58,651 nt of DNA. Origin: a bacterium (lineage in GTDB: Bacteria > Patescibacteriota > Minisyncoccia > JAUYLV01). The notes beneath the pieces are model-generated. The model was not told the DNA's origin, ran no database searches, and saw nothing but the letters and a program-made list of their open reading frames with translations. The stretch is taken from the NCBI GenBank assembly GCA_030649025.1, contig JAUSGO010000002.1, positions 1 through 58,651 on the forward strand. Direction: 5' to 3'. Below, piece after piece: positions 8,324-16,174 of the stretch. The stretch's first letter is position 1. Each line of letters begins with the position of its first letter. The translations under genes and the position numbers were made by a program.

Positions 8324-9598
8324 CTATGCGGGCGAAGCGGTTGCCAGACTTCGTAGATCAACGGAAGGGTCCGCAAGTTTTTCGCGCAGGGATGAAATGT
8401 CACGCTGGTCGGTGATGAATTTTGACACCCACGGAAGTTCTGGGGTCATGTTGAATTGCGTTGCCCCGACAATGCGGTTGTTCTTAATGATGAAGCGAGA
8501 GATTTTTCCAGAGGCTCTAGAGCCGCGCTCAATCACTTCCTTGTCGGGCGTTACGCGCACATTGCCGACAAAACAAATGGAGAGTCCCAATCCCTGCGTA
8601 GTGTATGCGGAGAGCGTCTTAAATACCGTTTTTTTGCCCGTCATGTTCATAGCGGCGCATCTTCCGTGCATCATGGCGTTTGCCCAATTTCCAAGCTGTA
8701 CTCGCTCGCCCAGTATCACATCAAAATATGCCGCACAGTCTCCTGCCGCCCAAACATCGGGTAAGGACGTTTCCATGTATTCGTTGGTCTCGATAGCCCT
8801 CTCTCCTTTTAGACCGGAGGCTTTGAATGGCGCCAGGCGGTCCACAACGCCAATGCCGACAGAGATGAAACCGGTTTTCAATTCCCTTCCCTTGTTTGTT
8901 TTGACCGACTCGACCCGTTCTCCGCCCAGCACTTCCGTAACTTCCTCTTCATATAAAATCTCAACGCCGCTTTTTTTTAGCACGTCTTCTATTAAACGGC
9001 CGGACGGTTCATCCAACAAGATCTGCCAATAGTAGGGTTCGCGAAGCATTACCGTTGGCTTCATATTGCGCTTTATCATGATGTCGCAAAGCTCAAACGT
9101 AATGAACCCTCCGCCGATAAGAAGCCCCTCCTTGAGCGTTTCAAATTCCGCCATAATGCCCCGAGCATCATCCAGCGTGCGAAGATAATAAATTCCTTTT
9201 TTGTCGCTTCCGGGTATGGTCCATTTGCGCGGCGTACCGCCCAGAGCCAAGAGAAGCTTTTCATACTGCAACGCCTCTCCGTTCGAGAGGGAAACTTCCT
9301 TTTTTACAGCATCGAGCCCCAGCGCAGTTACCCCCTTGGAATATGCGATGTTTTTATCCGTATAAAAAGATTCTTTCTTTAGCCATACCGAATCTTCCGT
9401 AAGCTTCTTCAGCATGTAATTCTCCTTGGAGAGCGCGATGCGGGAATAAAAAATATACGGCTCGTCTCCCACGAGCGCAATGGATGCTTGCGGATCAAGA
9501 CTTCTTAACGTCTCTGCCGCGGTGGTACCCGCAACGCCTCCGCCGACTATCACGTACTTAAAATTTTGCATAGCAAAATTTTCAATATCCAATAACAA
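8324..9598 (-). CDS. FAD/NAD(P)-dependent pyridine nucleotide-disulfide-family oxidoreductase (ferredoxin/rubredoxin-reductase-like)
   Basis: N-terminal YVIVGGGVAGTTAA (FAD GxGxxG), a second LLIGGGFITFE dinucleotide fold, and a WAAGDCA motif. Confidence 0.85.
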   Translation of the reverse strand: MLLDIENFAMQNFKYVIVGGGVAGTTAAETLRSLDPQASIALVGDEPYIFYSRIALSKENYMLKKLTEDSVWLKKESFYTDKNIAYSKGVTALGLDAVKKEVSLSNGEALQYEKLLLALGGTPRKWTIPGSDKKGIYYLRTLDDARGIMAEFETLKEGLLIGGGFITFELCDIMIKRNMKPTVMLREPYYWQILLDEPSGRLIEDVLKKSGVEILYEEEVTEVLGGERVESVKTNKGRELKTGFISVGIGVVDRLAPFKASGLKGERAIETNEYMETSLPDVWAAGDCAAYFDVILGERVQLGNWANAMMHGRCAAMNMTGKKTVFKTLSAYTTQGLGLSICFVGNVRVTPDKEVIERGSRASGKISRFIIKNNRIVGATQFNMTPELPWVSKFITDQRDISSLREKLADPSVDLRSLATASPA

Positions 9599-9666
9599 AT
9601 TTCTAATATCTAATCAAATCTTGCCATTGAATATTAGCTATTGGGAATTTGGCATTCCCGAAGCGG
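9599..9666. repeat. AT-rich imperfect palindrome between the ferredoxin and reductase genes
   Basis: atatccaataacaaatttctaatat ... atattagctattggg. The same words (atatccaata, tctaat) recur at 391-414. Confidence 0.5.
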
Positions 9667-9939
9667 TTATGCTTCCGGATACACCTGCTTCCCCGTCTCG
9701 TCGTACAGAAATATAGCCTTGGTGGGGCAGGATTGGGCCGCAAGAAGCAGGTTGCCGTCATCGATGGCGGCCACGTTAAGCTCTGATACATCGGTAAGAT
9801 CGGATGTGGGACCGCTCTTTTTGGGAAGCACGGCCTTATTCTCCGCATCCAACGAGAACACGTCCGGATATATTGCCACACAGCTTGCCGCGCCGATGCA
9901 CAGCGCCCGGTCTACTTTCAGTTTTGTTATTTTTGCCAT
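9667..9939 (-). CDS. ferredoxin, single-cluster [3Fe-4S]-type pattern
   Basis: MAKITKLKVDRALCIGAASC...SCP carries the CxxAxxC...CP motif. Start trimmed from the ORF-track GTG (9954) to the ATG at 9939. Confidence 0.8.
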   Translation of the reverse strand: MAKITKLKVDRALCIGAASCVAIYPDVFSLDAENKAVLPKKSGPTSDLTDVSELNVAAIDDGNLLLAAQSCPTKAIFLYDETGKQVYPEA

Positions 9940-9944
9940 AATCT

Positions 9945-10056
9945 CTAAGGTCACGAATGATGCGAATAGTACGCGAATAACGCGAATTCACGAATAAGAC
10001 TGCTAAGCATTCGTGAATCTGTACATTCGTGTAGTATCTGTAAATTCGTGATTATT
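9945..10056 (-). repeat. CACGAAT/ATTCGTG hairpin element, copy A (hydrolase-ferredoxin spacer)
   Basis: The reverse complement matches copy B (28563-28686) with 3/45 and 4/45 arm mismatches by manual alignment. The loop differs. Confidence 0.85.
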
Positions 10057-10708
10057 GAATTTGTTTTTCCATCCACTCCGCTATCTGCCCCGTAAGTTCG
10101 GTATGTGCTTCAAAGATTTTTACGCCATGTCCTCCGGTTTCAAACTCTTGATACCAGAGATTTGCACGTTGCACGCCGGGTTCTTTGATGAGTTTTTGCG
10201 CGTCAGGATACGACGGGTCATCTTTTGTGGTGATGAGAGCCAGTGGACGATGGTATTCTACCATAACGTCATCCGTCCGCAACCCAAAGTAATTAAGTCC
10301 GGGGGAGAGGAGTATGGCGGCTTTTACCTCAAAATGGTCCGCGGCATAGGCAAGTGCGAGATTTGCACCTATGGAACTACCCACGACCACAAATTTCCCG
10401 TTCGGCGTTTCTCGTTTTAGAAAATCCATCGCGGCCGTAATGTCATAATACATCGTGTGGTAGTCTTCAAACTGATCGAATTTCAGGTCTTTTTTCTTGC
10501 CAAACCCTCCGCTCTTACCGTGCCCTCGAAGGTCAATAGCAAGCGTGTTCCATCCTTTCTTTTCAAGTGTTCCGCAAAAATCTTTCCACATCGCATGGTC
10601 GCGTCCGCGCTGGTGGAGAAGAAGTGCGGCTTTTGAACTTCCCGGCACCTGATGCCAATCTCCGAAAATCGTTGTATCGTCAATGGTTTTTAGAGATAAC
10701 TCTGACAT
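10052..10708 (-). CDS. alpha/beta hydrolase fold protein
   Basis: IDLRGHGKSGG and the nucleophile elbow VVVGSSIGANLA. Start trimmed to the ATG (MSELSL) at 10708 to remove overlap with cytochrome b. Confidence 0.75.
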   Translation of the reverse strand: MSELSLKTIDDTTIFGDWHQVPGSSKAALLLHQRGRDHAMWKDFCGTLEKKGWNTLAIDLRGHGKSGGFGKKKDLKFDQFEDYHTMYYDITAAMDFLKRETPNGKFVVVGSSIGANLALAYAADHFEVKAAILLSPGLNYFGLRTDDVMVEYHRPLALITTKDDPSYPDAQKLIKEPGVQRANLWYQEFETGGHGVKIFEAHTELTGQIAEWMEKQIQ

Positions 10709-10734
10709 GTTCCGGGTTTTAGGCTTCTTGTGCT

Positions 10735-11778
10735 TCAATGCGCCACTTGTTCCTGCTGTTCGATAAAATGCTCCGTATGCGCAACCTGTGGCGCAAGCGT
10801 CGCCCAGAAAGAGAGCGAGATAACTATTGCGATAGCGATAAGATAAATATATACGCCCCAATCAGCTCCGGCGCGGTCTTTGGTAAAAAGCGGAATGAGA
10901 ATGAAGATGAGAAAAAGCACCGGTGGCGCGATCACAATAGGCGTAAGCCCCCAGACATTCTCGATCGCCACAACCCATAACAGCCACCATGGCGGTTTTG
11001 TAACCTCGAGGCCCGCATAAGGAGAGGAGAGCAGGGGAGCGGGAAGCAGAATGGAAAGTGCTACAATGGCCACGCATGCAACGCCCACAAGCCATAAAAT
11101 TTTCCGCACCGACGGAGAGGAAAAAAATCCGGGTTGGGGCGCGAGTTGTCCGCGGATTGCGGCATCCGTCACTTTCTTCCACGGAGCTATAAGCGCCCGG
11201 AACGTCGGCGCAAAAAGGCCATGCAACACGATAAGAGAAATAATACCGAAGGGCAGTAAAACGGCATGCAACACAAAGAATCTGAAAAGCGCATTATGTT
11301 GGGAGAAAAAATCGGTGACGAACTCCGTATAGGGCATGTAGCTAGCCACAATGCCCGTAGTGCCTATGAAAAAGTGCGAGTAGGCTTCCAGCGCCTCCTG
11401 GTCTCCGCGCATAAAGGTGCCGATGAGCATCTCTGCGCTAACCATGATGAGCATCCCCACGCCTATCCACCAAGCATATCTCCTGGCTTTGCCGGATGGT
11501 TTGGTGAGCGCCACACGCGTCATATGGAGGAAAAGGGTGAACAGAAAAATATCTGAAGCCCAGGCATGGAAATTTCGAACGAATGCCGTAATGGGGTTCC
11601 CCATGATAGTAATCATGCTTTGATATGTCTCTTCGGGCTGGGCGCTGTAAAAAAGAGAGAGCACAATACCCGATACTATCAGGAGCAGAAGCAGCACCAT
11701 AAGCAAACCGCCAAGCACTGTGCCGGTCTGTTGAAGCTCAGATTTTATTTTTTGGATAGTGAGCATAATTTTTATCAT
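10735..11778 (-). CDS. cytochrome b (b/b6-type, di-haem) membrane protein
   Basis: H-x13-H in FHAWASDIFLFTLFLHM and H-x14-H in LHAVLLPFGIISLIVLHG. 347 aa, polytopic. An alternative start lies at 11766. Confidence 0.85.
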   Translation of the reverse strand: MIKIMLTIQKIKSELQQTGTVLGGLLMVLLLLLIVSGIVLSLFYSAQPEETYQSMITIMGNPITAFVRNFHAWASDIFLFTLFLHMTRVALTKPSGKARRYAWWIGVGMLIMVSAEMLIGTFMRGDQEALEAYSHFFIGTTGIVASYMPYTEFVTDFFSQHNALFRFFVLHAVLLPFGIISLIVLHGLFAPTFRALIAPWKKVTDAAIRGQLAPQPGFFSSPSVRKILWLVGVACVAIVALSILLPAPLLSSPYAGLEVTKPPWWLLWVVAIENVWGLTPIVIAPPVLFLIFILIPLFTKDRAGADWGVYIYLIAIAIVISLSFWATLAPQVAHTEHFIEQQEQVAH

Positions 11779-12295
11779 GAGACCTCAAGGCGAGAACTAT
11801 AATTAAAAGCGCGACGCTCCCAATGAGATAAGGTATTTTCGTAGTTATGTCAAGAAGTAAAATTTCTTTTTCTGCATTCACTAAATCAATTGTATTTAAT
11901 TCAGTTCCATTACAAATCCAGGGCCAGTTAAGATAATTTTCTGTATCCGAGCGAATCCTCTGTGTATAAATAAGATACGTCCTGCCTACATCTAAGTTAC
12001 TATAAGTATGCGTTATTCCAAAACCATCCTCATCAGTAGTAATTAGCATTATCTCGACACTTTTACCTGAAATTCCTTTCCACGACCTTAAAGTTTCGAA
12101 GATGCCAGTTATTCTCAGCTGACCCTTGTCAGAGTCCTCACTAATTTTTACTAGCCTCCCAACAAAGACCGCGTCTGATGATTTTAGTAGTTCAGACACG
12201 GAACGCGTCCCGCATGAGTATTGTCCGAACATTTCTGCGGGCAAGCTCAGTAGAAAAAAAATAGATAGAGTAAGACCTAGTTTTCTTAAAAACAT
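11738..12295 (-). CDS. exported protein with C-terminal TM anchor, unknown function (weak TIMP/NTR-like N-terminus)
   Basis: The ATG at 12295 sits 1 nt after the upstream stop. Signal peptide MFLRKLGLTLSIFFLLSLPAEMF, then ..CGTRSVSELLKSSDAVFVGRLV. Visibly AT-rich. Confidence 0.55.
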   Translation of the reverse strand: MFLRKLGLTLSIFFLLSLPAEMFGQYSCGTRSVSELLKSSDAVFVGRLVKISEDSDKGQLRITGIFETLRSWKGISGKSVEIMLITTDEDGFGITHTYSNLDVGRTYLIYTQRIRSDTENYLNWPWICNGTELNTIDLVNAEKEILLLDITTKIPYLIGSVALLIIVLALRSHDKNYAHYPKNKI

Positions 12296-12296
12296 A

Positions 12297-13580
12297 TCAG
12301 AGATTTTCGGGATGTCCCTCTGCTGGGATACTTTGAGAACCTTCTCTGGGTGCATTAGGAATCTTAGCGCCATCTGAAACTGGGACACTGGATATAGGCT
12401 GTGGGCGACGGGGATAGAAAAGGAGCATCATACCAAAAATAAACGCGGAGAGAGCGGCGAATTTTACGACAGAGCGCGTCTCTTCTTCTTTCTGCACATC
12501 GTGCACAAGTTGGGCAACCTGATCACGCGTGAGGCCGGGAATCATCTCTGTATCGCCGTGGCCCGGAGCATGCGTAATGCCACCCTCCCCGGGCAGTACC
12601 TCGATTATAAATGGTAATGCGGTTATTTGCTCTTTTCGTTGTACTTGCAGCCACCCTTTGTAGACTCCGGCTTCTGGAAATGATGTATTGAATACGATGT
12701 TGGGCCCAAAACGCAACTTCGAGCGCTCGGCAGAATCTTCGGGAATCTCGGCTTCGGGATGCGCGTGCAAATACTCAAGCGATTCCTCGGATAGTATGAC
12801 AAGATGCGCGGGTGAGGCCAAATATACTTCAATATCGTCGATGGGCGTGCCCAACACGGCATCATCCAATCGGAACGTGAGTCGCGCGTCTTCTCCAACG
12901 CGAAGCGTTGAGGGGGTTGTTCGAAGATCAAGTCGTATATTTCCAACAGTGACAGGGAATTGCGAAAGCTTCAAAAACGGCTGTATGAACGCGCCGCTCC
13001 CTACTTGGATATCCTTACGAAGAAGAATACCGTCCGTTCCCGTGGGTTTCAAATCGAAAAAAAGCGAATACGTCAGTTCGCGCGGATAGATAAAATTTTT
13101 AAGCACAAACGTACCGTCCGGCTGTAACGCGGGATGTTCATGAAAGAATTCTACCAAGTCAGAGCTGACCATAATGAGGTGGAGCTCTTTGTCATGCGTG
13201 ACTTCAAAACTTTTTATCTGCCTACCGGCCTCCTTCTCGCTAAATGTAAACTGCATGGTTAGCGGCGTTGTTGCCTGCAGGGATGCCGGCGTGATAGATA
13301 CCTCAAAAAATGCGCTCATATCCGCGCCTCCACCATGGTCATCTTGTCCGCCCATCGCACCTTCTTCGCCATGTCCATGTCCAACCTTCGCATCGGGCAA
13401 GCCGATTTGAGTGGCAGGATGCATGGCGTCAGTGGAGCCGCCATGGTCGCCAGCTGCAAAAACAATGCCCCCGTTCTCGAGGGTCATCAAAAATAGGAAA
13501 ACGGCCAGAACAGTGCCAAAGCTATAAATGCGATGGTTTCTCACGATATACAGTATACGCCGCTTATTGCAGTTTCCCAA
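12297..13580 (-). CDS. membrane-anchored exported protein with His/Gly/Asp-rich segment and two repeated domains each bearing an H-x-HP motif (putative metal binding)
   Basis: Contains GDHGGSTDAMHP..GHGHGEEGAMGGQDDHGGG. Repeats have ..LHLIMVSSDLVEFFHEHP.. and ..AHLVILSEESLEYLHAHP.. There is a C-terminal TM. The start is uncertain because a TTGGGA-17-TATACT promoter-like site lies inside the ORF-track N-terminus. Confidence 0.6.
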   Translation of the reverse strand: MGNCNKRRILYIVRNHRIYSFGTVLAVFLFLMTLENGGIVFAAGDHGGSTDAMHPATQIGLPDAKVGHGHGEEGAMGGQDDHGGGADMSAFFEVSITPASLQATTPLTMQFTFSEKEAGRQIKSFEVTHDKELHLIMVSSDLVEFFHEHPALQPDGTFVLKNFIYPRELTYSLFFDLKPTGTDGILLRKDIQVGSGAFIQPFLKLSQFPVTVGNIRLDLRTTPSTLRVGEDARLTFRLDDAVLGTPIDDIEVYLASPAHLVILSEESLEYLHAHPEAEIPEDSAERSKLRFGPNIVFNTSFPEAGVYKGWLQVQRKEQITALPFIIEVLPGEGGITHAPGHGDTEMIPGLTRDQVAQLVHDVQKEEETRSVVKFAALSAFIFGMMLLFYPRRPQPISSVPVSDGAKIPNAPREGSQSIPAEGHPENL

Positions 13581-13658
13581 GAGTGGTTTTCCCCACCGTA
13601 TCCGGCAGGAGAAGTCCGATACATTTACCGATACCGAGCTACAAAATAAATAAAATAA

Positions 13659-13686
13659 AGCTGAAGGAGACCTTTTTCCTTCAGCT
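13659..13686 (-). terminator. intrinsic terminator of the Zn-ribbon gene
   Basis: On the minus strand: AGCTGAAGGAaaaaggtcTCCTTCAGCT followed by TTTATTTTATTTATTTT. It overlaps the stop codon. Confidence 0.7.
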
Positions 13687-13983
13687 GTCCGGGAAGAGAG
13701 GGCGCTGCCTCTCCCTTTCTTTTTTTGCGCGCCGAGTTTTTATTTGGCGCAGGGTGGCTTCTTGCGGAGGTTTTTTCCCGACTCCCTCGGCGCAAGATTG
13801 GCAGTAAGTATAACAGTAGTCGAAACGTCTGCCTTCCAGGAATGTCTGCCGATACGCTTTGGTGAGAGCCGGGATATCACAGCCGCACTTGTCGCACTTG
13901 AAGACTTTGGTAGTAACCACCCATTCCTCAGTAACTCGGCGGGATTGTCCGATGAGCAGTCCTTCTATTCTTCCGATTCTCAT
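13681..13983 (-). CDS. small Cys-rich (zinc-ribbon-like) protein with basic C-terminal tail
   Basis: 100 aa with CDKCGC ... CYTYCQSC. GGGAGG RBS, own promoter and terminator. Confidence 0.5.
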   Translation of the reverse strand: MRIGRIEGLLIGQSRRVTEEWVVTTKVFKCDKCGCDIPALTKAYRQTFLEGRRFDYCYTYCQSCAEGVGKKPPQEATLRQIKTRRAKKERERQRPLFPDS

Positions 13984-14000
13984 TTTTGCCTCCCAATCTC

Positions 14001-14029
14001 ATATTAGCTCATTATTTTATAAAAGTCAA
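14001..14029 (-). promoter_or_regulatory. sigma70-type promoter for 13983-13681
   Basis: Minus strand TTGACT-17 nt-TAATAT, then GGGAGG and ATG. Confidence 0.65.
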
Positions 14030-14036
14030 TAGGTAC

Positions 14037-14064
14037 TTGACAAATAATAAACTAATGCTATAAT
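14037..14064 (+). promoter_or_regulatory. consensus sigma70-type promoter firing rightward into an ORF-free region
   Basis: TTGACA-16 nt-TATAAT with both hexamers perfect, back-to-back with the minus-strand promoter. Confidence 0.65.
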
Positions 14065-14071
14065 GCTTAAT

Positions 14072-14485
14072 GAGATCATAAAACATTGAAAAATCTGCTT
14101 ATTTGTGAGAATACTACTGGGTCTGTGGGGGGCGGGGGTTTCCCAAGAATCCCGGGTTTCCCGGAAGATTCTTTACATAAAAAAGGCATTTGCCAAAGTA
14201 TCTTTTTGAAGCACTCGCTTCCCCCTGACCTGGTAATTGAGTCTTGATGCTATCCGTTCTTGCATTGATAAAAATGCAAGATATAGTACCAAGAAGCGGG
14301 TGCGCAAGGGTGCATGTACTTTTAATCAAAACATCACAACACCTCTTTGCGCTCCCACTCCTTGGTACCTTAAGTTCTTTCCCGCCGGGTCGAAAAACCT
14401 AAGTAGGCCCTGGGGGAGCTTCCCTCCCCCTCCCACGCATATCAAGGGGGGCAGCATAATAACGCTGTTCCCCTCCCGTCTTTTT
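14072..14485. ncRNA. candidate structured non-coding RNA, family unassigned, strand unresolved
   Basis: There is no credible ORF. At least 7 hairpins are present, including an 83-nt helix at 14286-14368. G/C tracts sit among AT-rich stretches. A consensus promoter lies upstream and a hairpin plus T-run ends at 14446-14485. Confidence 0.4.
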
Positions 14486-14555
14486 GAGAGCTTTGTTCTA
14501 AATTTTTACAAAGTTCTTAGAAAAATGGGATTTTGTATACCGATATAGCGAATCT

Positions 14556-14581
14556 AAAATCCGAGCATATGCTCGGATTTT
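14556..14581. terminator. bidirectional intrinsic terminator downstream of prfA
   Basis: Perfect 26-nt palindrome aaaatccgagcat|atgctcggatttt. Confidence 0.8.
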
Positions 14582-14603
14582 AGTTACGGATTTTGTCAGG
14601 GGA

Positions 14604-15656
14604 TCATAATTCGGTCTGCAGCGTTTCCACTACATCCTCAATGTTTCCTTCCATGATTGAAGGAAGGTTGTGCCACGAATGTTTTATACGGTGGTCCGTA
14701 ACCCGGTCCTGCGGAAAATTATAGGTTCGTATTTTTTCTGAACGGTCCTGCGTCCCGATCTGTTCTCTTCGGGAATCTTTTTGCGTTTTTTCCGAGGCCG
14801 CAATTTTTGCCTCAAGAAGTTTGGCCCCCAATACCTCAAAAGCCCGCTCGCGGTTTGCGGCCTGGGAACGCTCTTCCTGCATGGCCACGATAATGCCGGT
14901 TGGTTTGTGGTGAATGCGGAATGCAGTCTCCACCTTGTTGACGTTCTGCCCCCCCGGACCCCCGGATCGGTATGTTTCCGTCTCGATGTCTTCAGGTCGG
15001 ATCTGCACGTCTACCGTTTCGGCCTTGGGAAGTACGGCCACGGACGCGGTGGAGGTGTGCACTCTGCCCGATTTTTCTGTTTCCGGGATGCGTTGAACCC
15101 TGTGTACGCCCGATTCATGGCGCAAAAGACGGTAGCAATTTTTTCCGTCAATATCCATGACAACCTCCTTGATGCCTCCCAGATCCGTTGTGCTCCGGGA
15201 GATGACGCGTATTTTCCATCCCTTGCGCTCCGCAAAGCGGCTGTACATGCGGCGCAATTCCTCGGCAAAGAGCGCTGCTTCCCCGCCGCCCACGCCGCCG
15301 CGTATTTCCATAATGACGCTTGAGATATTTGACGGAGACACGATGCCCAAAGCCAGGCGGTCAAGTTCCTCCGAGAGCTCCTCGATATTTTTTTGGAGAG
15401 CTTTTTTTTCCTCTTCGGCAAGCTCCCGCATGTCCGAGCCCCCCGTCTGTATAAGTTCTTCTACGGTTTCAAGCTGACTTTCGGATTTTTCCAAAGATGA
15501 TGCGCACCCGACGATTTTGGAAAGATCTCCGTAGCGCTTGGACAGGGTTTGCAGCGCGGCGGTGTCCGCGGTAATTTCTGGCTTTGCAAGCTCAAGTGAA
15601 AGCGCCGCGTGTTGAACGCGGGCTTTTTCAACGGCATCTTTGATGTCCTTCCTCAT
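14604..15656 (-). CDS. prfA: peptide chain release factor 1
   Basis: GGQ motif ([15 protein letters not shown]) and RF1-type [14 protein letters not shown]. 350 aa. Confidence 0.9.
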   Translation of the reverse strand: MRKDIKDAVEKARVQHAALSLELAKPEITADTAALQTLSKRYGDLSKIVGCASSLEKSESQLETVEELIQTGGSDMRELAEEEKKALQKNIEELSEELDRLALGIVSPSNISSVIMEIRGGVGGGEAALFAEELRRMYSRFAERKGWKIRVISRSTTDLGGIKEVVMDIDGKNCYRLLRHESGVHRVQRIPETEKSGRVHTSTASVAVLPKAETVDVQIRPEDIETETYRSGGPGGQNVNKVETAFRIHHKPTGIIVAMQEERSQAANRERAFEVLGAKLLEAKIAASEKTQKDSRREQIGTQDRSEKIRTYNFPQDRVTDHRIKHSWHNLPSIMEGNIEDVVETLQTEL

Positions 15657-15985
15657 TTTTGTTTTTTTGAGATTTTCTTGCTTTTCACGCTCTTTACAAC
15701 CGTTGGCGGAGTGGGAGAGGCGACCAGCAGATTCTCTACCCGGGGTTTTCTTATCCGCACTTTCTTCTTTCCTGCGTCCGCTTTTTTCTGCGCCATTTGT
15801 TTTTTAAACCGCTCAACGCGGCCTGCCGTATCGATAATTTTCCCCTTTCCGGTATAGAAAGGGTGGCACGCCGAACAGATTTCTATCTCGTACGACGCCT
15901 GGGTCGAGCCGACCGTAAACTTGTTTCCGCAAGCACAGGTGATAACCGCGTTTGGATAATATGTTGGATGAATGCCTTTTTTCAT
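15653..15985 (-). CDS. rpmE: 50S ribosomal protein L31 (Zn-binding type) with Lys-rich C-terminal extension
   Basis: [29 protein letters not shown] overlap with prfA. Confidence 0.9.
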   Translation of the reverse strand: MKKGIHPTYYPNAVITCACGNKFTVGSTQASYEIEICSACHPFYTGKGKIIDTAGRVERFKKQMAQKKADAGKKKVRIRKPRVENLLVASPTPPTVVKSVKSKKISKKQK

Positions 15986-16145
15986 AACCGTCTAAGTTTT
16001 TGTGCCGTTTTAAGGGTAAAAACCTATCTTAATGCTATCTATAATAATGCGCTAGACACGCCCGCTTTCCAACATGCCGAGAAAAGAATAGTGCAAAAAT
16101 TTAGCCGAGCATGACCCGGGGCATCGTAACATATCCGCAGTACCC

Positions 16146-16174
16146 TTGCAAGGGTTTCTGCTCTATGGTAAGGT
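16146..16174 (+). promoter_or_regulatory. possible rpsB promoter
   Basis: TTGCAA-17 nt-TAAGGT, about 120 nt upstream of the rpsB ATG. Confidence 0.35.

Noticed and set aside
8295-9032. 245-aa plus-strand ORF antisense to the FAD oxidoreductase
   Set aside because: The minus-strand frame carries clear GxGxxG and GD motifs. The plus ORF starts inside the terminator and has no motifs.
10709-10861. 51-codon N-terminal extension of the hydrolase ORF overlapping cytochrome b
   Set aside because: The extension overlaps the 3' end of the cytochrome b gene in another frame and has odd composition. The internal ATG at 10708 gives a normal alpha/beta-hydrolase N-terminus.
14225-14237. SRP-RNA-like string (minus strand UUACCAGGUCAGG, identical to the 5' side of 4.5S helix 8)
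   Set aside because: The match is not followed by the required short stem, GNRA tetraloop and AGCA symmetric-loop strand (it reads GGGAAGCGAGUGC instead). No long closing helix 5 can be drawn. I treat it as a chance match, pending a covariance-model scan.
14380-14410. tmRNA-like 5' motif on the minus strand (GGGCCUACUUAGGUUUUUCGACCCGG)
   Set aside because: No tRNA-like 3' end (T-loop GGUUCRAnUCC plus a complementary acceptor strand and CCA) exists within 600 nt on that strand. No plausible Ala-resume or ..LAA-stop tag frame was found. RNase P signatures (GGAAAGUCC, ACAGAAnnCGGCUUA) are also absent on both strands.
14237-14548. 103-aa TTG-initiated ORF in the ORF-free locus
   Set aside because: It has no RBS and a non-ATG start. 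Its Pro and Gly runs are simply the translation of C and G tracts. It crosses several strong hairpins, which fits non-coding RNA better.
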